A stretch of DNA of 17,687 nucleotides from a virus. Below are positions 8,311-17,086 of the stretch, piece after piece. The DNA lies in UHGV virus genome UHGV-0277874; one strand, written 5' to 3'. The position numbers and the translations under genes were made by a program. Every line of letters starts with the position of its first letter. Within the stretch, counting starts at the first letter, position 1. The notes under the pieces are model-generated. The model searched no databases. It worked only from the letters and a program-made list of their open reading frames with translations, and was not told the origin of the DNA.

Positions 8311-9819
8311 TTATTCTTCGGACTGGTCGTCGGTGTGCTGCGGCTCCTGTCGTTTCGTTGCGGCACTGCTGCCTCCTTTATCACTGGCCGGATCGGTATC
8401 AAATACCAGATCCAGCTTGCGGTTTTCATCAATTTCGGCCTTGCGCCGACGTTTGACATCATCCGGATTACGACCACCAGCACGTACCCAGTCTGATTCT
8501 GTCGCCGCTCCACCACGAATCTGGATTTTCCAGGCCTCAGCCTCCTTAACAGGGTCAATCCACGGCATCACTGGTCCGGAATACACCGCGGTATACAGTG
8601 AAGAACGGTCAAGATCACGGGGTAGCCTGATAACACCGGATGCCACAGCCTGTTTCAGCCAGGCACGATACATCGGGCGGGTGACGGCACCAATAAACCA
8701 GTCCTGCAGGATCAGGTAGCCATCAGTAGACTCAACCAGTTCCTGACGCTGGGCGCTGTAAGTGCCGTTATAGTTGCGTGCCGTACTGGAAAAACTCAGA
8801 CGACTGCCCGCCGCCACGGCACGCAACTGACCATTACGAAAAGTTTCAAGGTTAGGATTGGGACGATCCGACTTCACCATTCCGATTTCTTCGCCGGGTT
8901 TCAGATCGTCGTAAATAATGCCTGGCTGAATGGTAAGCTCGCGTTCCTTATCCTTGCTGCCATTACCATCCGGTTCATAGCTCTGCCCGTCGCCTTTCCG
9001 GATGTACATCCCCAGAGCAGCGGCGATCCTTGCTGCAGTCAGCTCAGAATCTTCATACTCTTTCAGGGCACTGAGGCGGATCAGCACACCGGACAACAAA
9101 GACGTCCCGCGCATCTGGTGCAGACGGCGAACAAATTTAAGATGCAGCATTCGCTCTGCATCCACTTCTTTGGTTTCCATCTGCCGTCCGGATACAGGAC
9201 GACTTTTATACACCAGATATTTTTCGGGACGCCCCCAGTCATCAACAAACACGCCCTGATTCAGCCTGTTGCTCTCATCACTGGTCATGGGAATAAAGTC
9301 TGGCTCGAGCGCCTCCAGCCAGAAATGAACACCGGCAGAAGGCGTCAGGCTGTTTATGCGCCCGGAAACCATCTGGGCAAACACCTCACCATCGCGCAGC
9401 CAGGTACGCAGCATCAGACGTTCCAGCATCGGACGGGTAAACTGCCCGGTGACTTCCGGGCTGACAGACCATTCACTCCATCGGGTGCGTATCTCCGCTG
9501 CCAGATCACGGGCAATGGCCCCATTGCGTAATACCGGATGTGGCTCGACAATAATCCCGTTTTTCCCCACCACCCGTTCTTCCAGCTTGTCAAATACACC
9601 AATAACCAGATCGTGGTTGTTATCAAGGTAACGGGCCTGCTCACGTAACGACACGGCCCCGTACTGGCTTAACTGGTCGGCAGTTCGGTTTTCCCGCCGG
9701 GCTTTGTGTGTCCGCGTCGTTTTTACGGCCTCATAAGCCTGGATCACCGCACGGGAACGCAGCCTTGCCGCTTTCCATCCTGGTGAAAAAACGCCAATCA
9801 CATCATCAAGAATTGCCAT
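8311..9819 (-). CDS. Portal protein
   Basis: Track ORF 8311..9891 starts at a GTG. The in-frame ATG at 9819 (MAILDDVIGVFSPGWKAARLRSRAVIQAYEAVK...) overlaps the gpW stop as TGATG. About 502 aa; sits between gpW and the prohead protease as in lambda (W-B-C); acidic C-terminus ...QHTDDQSEE. Confidence 0.8.
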   Translation of the reverse strand: MAILDDVIGVFSPGWKAARLRSRAVIQAYEAVKTTRTHKARRENRTADQLSQYGAVSLREQARYLDNNHDLVIGVFDKLEERVVGKNGIIVEPHPVLRNGAIARDLAAEIRTRWSEWSVSPEVTGQFTRPMLERLMLRTWLRDGEVFAQMVSGRINSLTPSAGVHFWLEALEPDFIPMTSDESNRLNQGVFVDDWGRPEKYLVYKSRPVSGRQMETKEVDAERMLHLKFVRRLHQMRGTSLLSGVLIRLSALKEYEDSELTAARIAAALGMYIRKGDGQSYEPDGNGSKDKERELTIQPGIIYDDLKPGEEIGMVKSDRPNPNLETFRNGQLRAVAAGSRLSFSSTARNYNGTYSAQRQELVESTDGYLILQDWFIGAVTRPMYRAWLKQAVASGVIRLPRDLDRSSLYTAVYSGPVMPWIDPVKEAEAWKIQIRGGAATESDWVRAGGRNPDDVKRRRKAEIDENRKLDLVFDTDPASDKGGSSAATKRQEPQHTDDQSEE

Positions 9820-10037
9820 CAGAACCTCGCCAGCCGGTACCCGGGATGCCCCCGTCGTCGTGTAATCAGAGCCGCAAGGCGGCGCTCCCACTCCTGCCGT
9901 CCCTGCCGGATCTCAGATAAGTTTTCCATGGTCATCTGCTGACCATTAAAGGTGACGGATTTTCCGTCCAGCACCGCCATTTCAGCTTCCGTATAACGCT
10001 GAATCATGGCTTCGATATCATTCTGGTTCATAACCAT
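9819..10037 (-). CDS. W: Head-tail joining / DNA stabilisation protein (lambda gpW-like)
   Basis: About 70 aa; C-terminal ...RRLAALITRRRGHPGYRLARF resembles lambda gpW ...QTGMTQRRRGPAGFYV. Lies between terminase large subunit and portal, exactly as W in lambda. Start is ATG 10037 or ATG 10031 (the latter overlaps the terminase stop as ATGA). Confidence 0.7.
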   Translation of the reverse strand: MVMNQNDIEAMIQRYTEAEMAVLDGKSVTFNGQQMTMENLSEIRQGRQEWERRLAALITRRRGHPGYRLARF

Positions 10038-12127
10038 CCTCCGGAAGTCAGCCAGGGGTTAACATCGTCAGTTACTGTTTTCTTCCGTTTTTGTTTTTTA
10101 ACAGGCGTGGATACCGGTTCCGGTGAGGGTGACGGTTCGGTACTGTCCGGGACACACTCCAGCCAGGTTTCCCGGCTCGCCCATTCCGGTGCATCCGGCC
10201 AGCGGATCTTTTCGTATCCATGCAGAATGACCAGAGCCTCGGCATACACCATCAGGTCAAAGGCTTCGTTGGCACCGCGACCCGGCTTACTCCATTTCCC
10301 GTCACTGCTCCGCTCTTCATACGTCAGTTCGTCGTAAAACCAGCTCCCCAGCCAGTCAGGGAAATGCACATAGCCGGGACCTGGCGAGTCACGCCATAAC
10401 GCGTTATTCACCCGGTCTTTCAGTGCATCCGTCTGAAGAAGCCAGAGCGGCACATCACCTGCGGCCTGCGCCCGTCGGCCCGTTCGTCCGGTGTTATCAG
10501 GGAATGTACGGGTGATCAGTTTTGCGCGCCGGATGCTGTCGCCCTTAAACAGGTAAATACGTTTACCAAGGCCATCACGACGGCAACGACGCCAGAATTT
10601 ATAGGCATTATCAGTGACCCCGTCTTCACCGCCGGAGTCCACCGCCATTGCCATCAGTCGCATTTGTTGAGAAGGATCGGAGGCCAGCGGCCAGCTTTTA
10701 TGAAAAACATCCGTCAGCAGGACATCCCAGTCTTCCGGATAGCTGGCCGGATCAATTCGCTGGCTCTCCCCGTCGCAGTCACTGCGCAATGACTGCATGA
10801 TATTGTAACGATCAATAATCCAGCGTTCGCCACGACTGCCATAGCCCGTTACCTGAACCACAAAACGGCGATGACGTCCCGCCTGCACATCCACTGTCGC
10901 CACAAGGAAATTAACGCCATCCGGCACACTGCGGGAAGGAACTGGCTCTGCCCGCTGCTCAAGCAGTTCACTTTTTCGTTGCTCCATGCTGGCACGAGGA
11001 AGATAAGGCAATCCCCAGTCGGTGTTGATAACCGCCCTGAGTGTTTCTTCGCTTCCTGTCGCTTCATACTCCTGTTCTGCAGTCAGTAATTTGTAAACCA
11101 GTTGCGCCCAGGTCTGATACGCAGCAGCTGGCCCTTCCATCCAGAAACTGGCGATACGGGAGCGGCGCGGTTCACCGGAAACGTTGCCGTTACGATCAAT
11201 GACCTGACCTTCACGCAACCAGACTCCTGCACTATTGAGCTCACGCTTTTTCTCCGCAGTGATAATGCCGCTGCAGTGCGGGCAAAGTAGATACGCCGCC
11301 TCACTGGCTTTAAAGGGATCCGGTTCATTACGGTAGCCGGTCATGGCATCCATAGCTGGCTGAAAATATTCACCGCAGTGCGGACATGGCCAGTACCAGC
11401 GGCGGCGGTCACCACGATTGTAAAGGGAAAGAATACCAGTCGTCGGTGGCGCTTCATGAGGCGACTTACGTCGCCATTTGCTATCGCAGATGTCACGTCC
11501 CGGCGAGCTCTCCACCAGAGTCATCCCGGCGGACATAAATGTGGTGGTACGTTTTGAGGCCAGGGAGAAACCATCACCCTCGCTGTCGATATTCTCCGGA
11601 AAACGGTCGTAATCGGTTAAGGCGACAAACCGGTAATCCGACGACGACATAATGTTGACCGAGGGCCAACCAATTTTAAGGAACGAGCCATCCCTGAACG
11701 TCTTATAATGGACATTATTGTCGTTACGACGTGGACTCATTCTTTTCTTTACCGCAGCACTGCTTCTGAACGTTCTGTCGAGGCGCTTTTTAGAATGCTC
11801 GCGGGCCTTATCTTCGGTCATCTGCACAACGAGCATGTCCGAAGGATCGCAAACGATGGTATAGACAATCCATCCATCGATCAGACCAATGGTCTTCCCT
11901 GTTCGCGCAGGACCAACAAAAATCACCGCATCGTATTCACGCGATGCCAGGCAGTTCATGGGCTCAATGATGTAGGGTGTCAGTTCAGGATCCCATGGCA
12001 CCGAGTTACCAGCCCCCTTGGGAACACGCATGAATTTTTTAACAGCCTCCGAAATCGGCATGCGACGTGGTGGGGAAAATCCTGCCGATATGTCCCTTCC
12101 CAAATTTCGGGCTGATGAAAAACCCAT
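10028..12127 (-). CDS. Terminase large subunit (GpA-type ATPase/nuclease)
   Basis: 699-aa ORF with ATG 12127 preceded by AGGAGG. Walker A-like motif VGPARTGKT near the N-terminus; size and position immediately downstream of the small subunit; diverged from lambda gpA in sequence. Confidence 0.9.
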   Translation of the reverse strand: MGFSSARNLGRDISAGFSPPRRMPISEAVKKFMRVPKGAGNSVPWDPELTPYIIEPMNCLASREYDAVIFVGPARTGKTIGLIDGWIVYTIVCDPSDMLVVQMTEDKAREHSKKRLDRTFRSSAAVKKRMSPRRNDNNVHYKTFRDGSFLKIGWPSVNIMSSSDYRFVALTDYDRFPENIDSEGDGFSLASKRTTTFMSAGMTLVESSPGRDICDSKWRRKSPHEAPPTTGILSLYNRGDRRRWYWPCPHCGEYFQPAMDAMTGYRNEPDPFKASEAAYLLCPHCSGIITAEKKRELNSAGVWLREGQVIDRNGNVSGEPRRSRIASFWMEGPAAAYQTWAQLVYKLLTAEQEYEATGSEETLRAVINTDWGLPYLPRASMEQRKSELLEQRAEPVPSRSVPDGVNFLVATVDVQAGRHRRFVVQVTGYGSRGERWIIDRYNIMQSLRSDCDGESQRIDPASYPEDWDVLLTDVFHKSWPLASDPSQQMRLMAMAVDSGGEDGVTDNAYKFWRRCRRDGLGKRIYLFKGDSIRRAKLITRTFPDNTGRTGRRAQAAGDVPLWLLQTDALKDRVNNALWRDSPGPGYVHFPDWLGSWFYDELTYEERSSDGKWSKPGRGANEAFDLMVYAEALVILHGYEKIRWPDAPEWASRETWLECVPDSTEPSPSPEPVSTPVKKQKRKKTVTDDVNPWLTSGGWL

Positions 12128-12135
12128 TATTCCTC

Positions 12136-12663
12136 CTAGAGACTCTCTCCTTCCTCATCAGGAATTAATTCAGCAGCACAAGCCTCGTAGGATTTTTCCT
12201 GAAGAGTGTATCGCAGGTCATCAATGGCCTGTTGTACAACGCCGACGGCCTGAGGAGTCAGGGCGCAATCGCGTTCAAGAACATCCGGAATTGTCTCCAG
12301 AACCTGGACGACAGCCTTTCTCATGGACGAATAGACGATGACTACTTCATCAACTGGGATGAGTTTTCGCTGCTCCTTTTCCAGCTTGATCCTTTCATTT
12401 TCAGACTGGTACCAGTCCTTTCTCTCTTTCGGCTCCATACGGGATGGATCATGAACAGAGTCTGCTGCCTCATGCTTCACACTAAACAGGGCGGGCCCGA
12501 CATGCTGCAGGGCGTAAACGGGGTTCCCCCTGACAGTCGCAGCCACAGGAGTGTTGGCCGCGAGGAGCCGTTTTTTTACTGTGTCCCGGTGAAGCCCAAA
12601 GGCCTCGGCGATTTTAAAAACACTCCAGTAATAAGCATCACCGATCCCGCTCACATTTGACAT
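12136..12663 (-). CDS. Terminase small subunit (Nu1-like, N-terminal winged HTH)
   Basis: Track ORF 12136..12675. The ATG at 12663 has GGAG 6 nt upstream. MSNVSGIGDAYYWSVFKIAEAFGLHRDTVKKRLLAANTPVAATVRGNPVYAL (HTH) followed by ...ERKDWYQSENERIKLEKEQRKL, comparable to lambda Nu1 ...IKWYAERDAEIENEKLRREVEEL. Lies immediately upstream of the large subunit, about 185 bp from the candidate cosN. Confidence 0.85.
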   Translation of the reverse strand: MSNVSGIGDAYYWSVFKIAEAFGLHRDTVKKRLLAANTPVAATVRGNPVYALQHVGPALFSVKHEAADSVHDPSRMEPKERKDWYQSENERIKLEKEQRKLIPVDEVVIVYSSMRKAVVQVLETIPDVLERDCALTPQAVGVVQQAIDDLRYTLQEKSYEACAAELIPDEEGESL

Positions 12664-12835
12664 AAGCAACTCCATCTGGCAGGTGAAAATCAGGTTTATT
12701 TATATATTTCAATTAATTGCAAACTGGTCTAATGACAGGAAGAAAAAAATATTGTACAGGTAAAAAGAGAAATAACTTTTAATTATCAATAAATTACCAA
12801 ACATGCTGCCGCCGCCATGGAAATGCAAAAACTAG

Positions 12836-12870
12836 CCTTTTTCCGCGACGCTCCCGCCCCGTGGCAGGGG
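12836..12870 (-). other. Candidate cohesive-end site (cosN-like)
   Basis: Minus-strand sequence ...GCCACG GGGCGGGAGCGT CGCGG AAAAAGG... resembles lambda cosN GTTACG GGGCGGCGACCT CGCGGG TTTTCGC (ACGGGGCGG and CGCGG identical), about 185 bp upstream of the terminase small subunit start, the same spacing as lambda cosN to Nu1. Putative 12-nt cohesive end GGGCGGGAGCGT = plus 12848-12859. It is a GC-rich island in an AT-rich intergenic region. Confidence 0.4.
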
Positions 12871-12888
12871 CCCCCACCGGGAGGACCC

Positions 12889-12912
12889 GACAGCCTGACA
12901 GCCTGACAGCCG
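12889..12912. repeat. Three tandem 8-bp direct repeats GACAGCCT / GACAGCCT / GACAGCCG next to the cosN-like sequence
   Basis: Read directly: ...cccGACAGCCTGACAGCCTGACAGCCGtgac...; function unknown. Confidence 0.6.
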
Positions 12913-13047
12913 TGACGAGCATCTGATACAGCGCTTTACATAATGGCATAGGAATAATTCAGAAGGACATCACAGCATGCCCACACAAATTAGTGTGAGT
13001 GTCCTGTTTCTTCCTACGCACAGGACTGACGAGCATGAGGGGAAAAT

Positions 13048-13215
13048 ATGCGAACCATAAATGCCTCATCTTCAGCAATGCAGCCGGCATCCGAACAGGA
13101 CGATATTGTAAATTCACCTAATTACGAGGACATTGCAGTAGTTGAATTGCAGCTCTGTATTAGCCTGACAGTGACAGAATGCGATATTGACTCTGTCACA
13201 GGTGAAATAGTTTGA
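13048..13215 (+). CDS. Hypothetical small protein (55 aa), speculative
   Basis: ATG at 13048 preceded by GAGGGG (6-7 nt spacer); translation MRTINASSSAMQPASEQDDIVNSPNYEDIAVVELQLCISLTVTECDIDSVTGEIV. Below the track size cut-off; no homology recognised. Confidence 0.3.
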   Translation: MRTINASSSAMQPASEQDDIVNSPNYEDIAVVELQLCISLTVTECDIDSVTGEIV

Positions 13216-13235
13216 ATGATTAGCAGTTATGGTGC

Positions 13236-13442
13236 TCAGTCAACCACCAGGGAATAATCCTTCGAATTCTTATCGTGCTTCACCAACGCTGCCTCAATTG
13301 CCCTGAATGCTTCCAGAGACACCTGATGTTCTATACATGCAATTACAACATCCGGGTAACTCATAGAAATGGTGCTATTAAGCATATTTTTTACACGAAT
13401 CAGATCCAACGAGAGTTCATCAGCAGATTGTTCTTTATTCAT
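13236..13442 (-). CDS. Hypothetical small protein (68 aa), moron-region gene of unknown function
   Basis: [71 protein letters not shown] with ATG start at 13442; AT-rich codon usage like neighbouring cargo genes; divergent from ydfO-like gene. No confident family assignment. Confidence 0.55.
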   Translation of the reverse strand: MNKEQSADELSLDLIRVKNMLNSTISMSYPDVVIACIEHQVSLEAFRAIEAALVKHDKNSKDYSLVVD

Positions 13443-13742
13443 TTTGTCGCTCCATGCGTTTGCTCGTCATCTAGCGGTTAAAATATTACTTCAAATCTTA
13501 CTGCATAAAAGAGGAAAAGTATGAAAGTTTGAGTACATCGACCTTACATACATCTGTCGGTTGCATATCCCTCCTGGATGCCAGCAAGGCTCAATTTTGT
13601 TACGCAATCAACACTATTCATTAAAAACAGGCTTAATATTTGACATAAATCATCAACAAAACACAAAGAGGTCAGACCAGATTGAAACAATAAACACGAT
13701 AATGCAAACTACGCGCCATCGTATCACATGGAAGGTTTACCA

Positions 13743-14174
13743 ATGGCTCAGGCTGCCATTTTTAAAGAAATATTCGATCAAGTACGTAAAGATTTAAACT
13801 GTGAATTATTTTATTCTGAGCTAAAACGTCACAATATCTCACTTTATATTTACTATTTAGCCACAGATAATATTCACATTGTGTTAGAAAACGACAACAT
13901 AGTGTTAGTAAAAGGACTCAAAAAGGTTGTAAATGTTAAATTCTCCAGAAACAAACATCTTATAGAGACCTCCTATAATAAGTTGAAATCAAAAGAAATC
14001 ACATTTCAACAATACAGGGAAAATCTTGCTAAAGCAGGAGTTTTCCGATGGGTTACAAATATCCAGGAACACCAAAGATATTACTATGCCTTTGATAACT
14101 CATTACTATTTACTGAAAGCATCCAGAAAATTACTGAAAGCATCCAGAAAACTACACAGATCTTACCACGCTAA
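13743..14174 (+). CDS. ydfO: YdfO/YbcV-family protein (DUF-type, prophage cargo gene)
   Basis: Track ORF 13728..14174. The ATG at 13743 has GGAAGG about 10 nt upstream. [52 protein letters not shown]...[37 protein letters not shown]... matches my recollection of K-12 Qin YdfO; gene order ydfO-gnsB-cspI as in Qin. Confidence 0.8.
   Translation: MAQAAIFKEIFDQVRKDLNCELFYSELKRHNISLYIYYLATDNIHIVLENDNIVLVKGLKKVVNVKFSRNKHLIETSYNKLKSKEITFQQYRENLAKAGVFRWVTNIQEHQRYYYAFDNSLLFTESIQKITESIQKTTQILPR
14110..14151 (+). repeat. Perfect 21-bp tandem duplication (ttactgaaagcatccagaaaa x2) inside the 3' end of the ydfO-like gene
   Basis: Read directly; in frame, giving [14 protein letters not shown] in the protein. 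Confidence 0.9.
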
Positions 14175-14277
14175 ACCATAACGTCCGGCTTCTCTCACTC
14201 CTGAGCCGGACTGCATTGGTTTAATAAAAACCATCAACAATTGTGATTTAGATATTCGGAACCATTCAAATATAACA

Positions 14278-14299
14278 AAACCCCGTAAAAACGAGGTTT
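14278..14299. terminator. Candidate bidirectional rho-independent terminator between convergent ydfO-like and gnsB-like genes
   Basis: Inverted repeat aaaccccg-taaaaa-cgaggttt (8-bp stem with one G-U pair on the minus-strand RNA, 6-nt loop) followed by a U-rich tract on the minus strand; 27 nt downstream of the gnsB-like stop. Confidence 0.4.
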
Positions 14300-14325
14300 A
14301 TGGATAAATTTTATTATTGAATACA

Positions 14326-14499
14326 TCAGATTAAATTAATCTTGACATCATAGCTTTCAAGACCCGTCATTTTTTCCCGTGCGGTAAACTGAATACTGGT
14401 AACTTCTTTCCCGGTCTTTTTCTTAAGTTCAATAATTTTTTTTGTTATATATTCAGAAATATCTGCTTCTGCTTTTGTTTTTAAGTCTTCAATATTCAT
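14326..14499 (-). CDS. gnsB: GnsA/GnsB-family small protein (57 aa)
   Basis: Not in the track (under 60 aa). ATG at 14499 with GAGGA upstream; translation MNIEDLKTKAEADISEYITKKIIELKKKTGKEVTSIQFTAREKMTGLESYDVKINLI, with the conserved FTAREKMTGLESYDVKI block of the Gns family as recalled; TGA stop at 14328-14326. Confidence 0.9.
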   Translation of the reverse strand: MNIEDLKTKAEADISEYITKKIIELKKKTGKEVTSIQFTAREKMTGLESYDVKINLI

Positions 14500-14670
14500 C
14501 ATTTCCTCTTTTAGTCTGTTATGACTTTCCAGTTACACAGTAAGTCGATTATATGGTGCAAACGTGTAAAAGATAAGATGAAACATCGCAATAATCAACA
14601 TACGATAGTCTAAATTTTACACAAACAGACAAAGAGAATTTTCCTGAATTATCAATGCAATAGCATCAAA

Positions 14671-14901
14671 TCAACTCAAGAGCCTTATTGCTGCTTCCAG
14701 AATTTCTTCTGAAGTAACATGTCGATCCGCGGCTACATAAATGACTTTATGATCTCCGGTCAGAGATGGAAACCCTGCGGCCATTACAGTAAGGTGTGTT
14801 TTTTCGCCATTTGGATATTCACGCATGATGGTGTTAACTCCAGTCATCGCTGGCACTACCACTGCTGGTTCAGAGTTAAAAAAAACTATGATTTTTTTCA
14901 T
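14671..14901 (-). CDS. Hypothetical protein (about 76 aa from the MKK start; 90 aa if from ATG 14943)
   Basis: ORF ...MKKIIVFFNSEPAVVVPAMTGVNTIMREYPNGEKTHLTVMAAGFPSLTGDHKVIYVAADRHVTSEEILEAAIRLLS; globular-looking composition unlike the overlapping plus-strand ORF 14719..14985 (W/H/C-rich, judged spurious). Between gnsB-like and cspI-like genes; no family recognised. Confidence 0.5.
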   Translation of the reverse strand: MKKIIVFFNSEPAVVVPAMTGVNTIMREYPNGEKTHLTVMAAGFPSLTGDHKVIYVAADRHVTSEEILEAAIRLLS

Positions 14902-14945
14902 GATGTTACCGTAGTATGTGAGTATCCATCGAATAGACACCAAGC

Positions 14946-14982
14946 AAAAAAGCTCCCGAAGGAGCCTTCATTTTCACTTTTT
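14946..14982. terminator. Possible weak bidirectional terminator hairpin
   Basis: caaaaaa-GCTCC-cgaa-GGAGC-cttcattttcactttttt: 5-bp GC stem with tetraloop, flanked by an A-tract upstream and T-tract downstream; about 200 nt downstream of the cspI-like stop on the minus strand. Confidence 0.3.
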
Positions 14983-15172
14983 TAAATCCAACGACAGACG
15001 GCTGGCATTTAAGTATTGTGAAATATTATCAAATGTAATCATCATTGATTTACAAAAGATACATTTTGCCCCGAAAGGATTCATGTCAGAAACATCAAAA
15101 GATGATGTTCTATACTGGGAACCATGACAACACGGGCATCTAAAGTGAATATGGTTTGTAATATTGTCTACC

Positions 15173-15385
15173 TCAAAGCGCCACTACATGAACAGCGGCA
15201 GGACCTTTAGGTCCGTTCTCAATACCAAATTCAACTTCCTGATTCTCAGTTAATGTTTTGAAATCGTTGCTCTGAATTGCTGAGAAATGGACAAACACAT
15301 CTTTGCTGCCATCTTTCGGCGTGATGAAACCAAAACCTTTTTCAGGGTTAAACCATTTCACTAAACCAGTCATTTTGTTAGACAT
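15173..15385 (-). CDS. cspI: Cold-shock protein, CspA family (CspI-like)
   Basis: 70-aa [73 protein letters not shown] with RNP1-like KGFGFI and RNP2-like VFVHF motifs; matches my recollection of the Qin prophage CspI. About 360 bp of AT-rich upstream sequence is consistent with the long 5' leader typical of csp genes. Confidence 0.95.
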   Translation of the reverse strand: MSNKMTGLVKWFNPEKGFGFITPKDGSKDVFVHFSAIQSNDFKTLTENQEVEFGIENGPKGPAAVHVVAL

Positions 15386-15746
15386 AATTATTACCTTTTG
15401 AAGAAATTAGCCCTTGGGCAGAATGGTCCGAAAAAAATATCAGAGAGAAAAACCAACAAGGAAATCTCAAGAGGTACAAATAATAAAATTATAACAATGA
15501 CTGCTTCAGATAAATTTGTAACAAACCAGAACACCATTAACGCATGATTAACCACCCATAGCAAGGATTACTTTTGTAAAGAAAAACACAGCAATGAAAG
15601 AATAGCTTTATTTATTAATAAAACGTGTCATTCTGATTAAGACCTTTTATCTTACCCTTAAGATTTCAGGAATTTTGGCTCATGGAAGAGTCCTTTTTAT
15701 TCAAATTTTACATTCCGCGATGTAAATGTTCCGATTTAATATTACC

Positions 15747-16770
<1,024 letters not shown>

Positions 16771-16774
<4 letters not shown>

Positions 16775-17082
16775 AGATATTTATGATGAGGACGCTCGTG
16801 CTTATTGGCAGGATTTTCAATCTTAAAGGAGTACTGATGCTGCAGATAAGACTCAACTTTTTCTGACAATTTTTCTGCTACTTCCAGGAAGACTTGCCGG
16901 ACGCTCCTTCTGGCTGCTGCCTCATAAAACTCCAGCGCAGCTCCTTCAACACGGTCCATGGCGACATCCAGGTCAAAAATTTCACCGTCAAAGCGTTCTT
17001 TGTCCTGTAAGGCTACAGTTACCGCAACTTTATTCTCAAAATTACGGACTCCTTTCACAACCAGTTCATAGTCTTGAGTCAT
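16771..17082 (-). CDS. ydfR: YdfR-like small protein of unknown function, located inside the lysis cassette
   Basis: 103-aa ORF MTQDYELVVKGVRNFENKVAVTVALQDKERFDGEIFDLDVAMDRVEGAALEFYEAAARRSVRQVFLEVAEK...; AGGAG upstream of the ATG; stop overlaps the endolysin ATG (ATGA). Position between holin and endolysin matches K-12 Qin essQ-ydfR-rrrQ as recalled. Confidence 0.7.
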
Positions 17083-17086
17083 TGGA

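Noticed and set aside
8298-8558. N-terminal 87 codons of track ORF 6726..8558 (TTG start inside the portal gene)
   Set aside because: Starts at TTG and overlaps the portal 3' end by about 250 nt; the ClpP domain begins right after the first ATG downstream of the portal stop, so the extension is treated as an artefact of open frame.
12889-12916. Possibility that the GACAGCCT tandem repeats are a CRISPR array
   Set aside because: Units are only 8 bp, directly abutting with no spacers, only about 3 copies, and there are no cas genes in the window.
12976-13059. 27-codon upstream ORF (MPTQISVSVLFLPTHRTDEHEGKICEP) ahead of the 55-aa ORF
   Set aside because: Very short, and no independent evidence distinguishes it from chance; noted only as a possible leader peptide.
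14719-15127. Plus-strand ORFs 14719..14985 and 14918..15127
   Set aside because: W/H/C-rich, non-globular translations; the first overlaps a more protein-like minus-strand ORF and both span a terminator-like hairpin region.
15386-15746. Search for a cspA-type cold box (TGACGTACAGA-like) in the cspI-like leader
   Set aside because: No convincing match was found by eye on the minus strand; only the general long AT-rich leader is supported.
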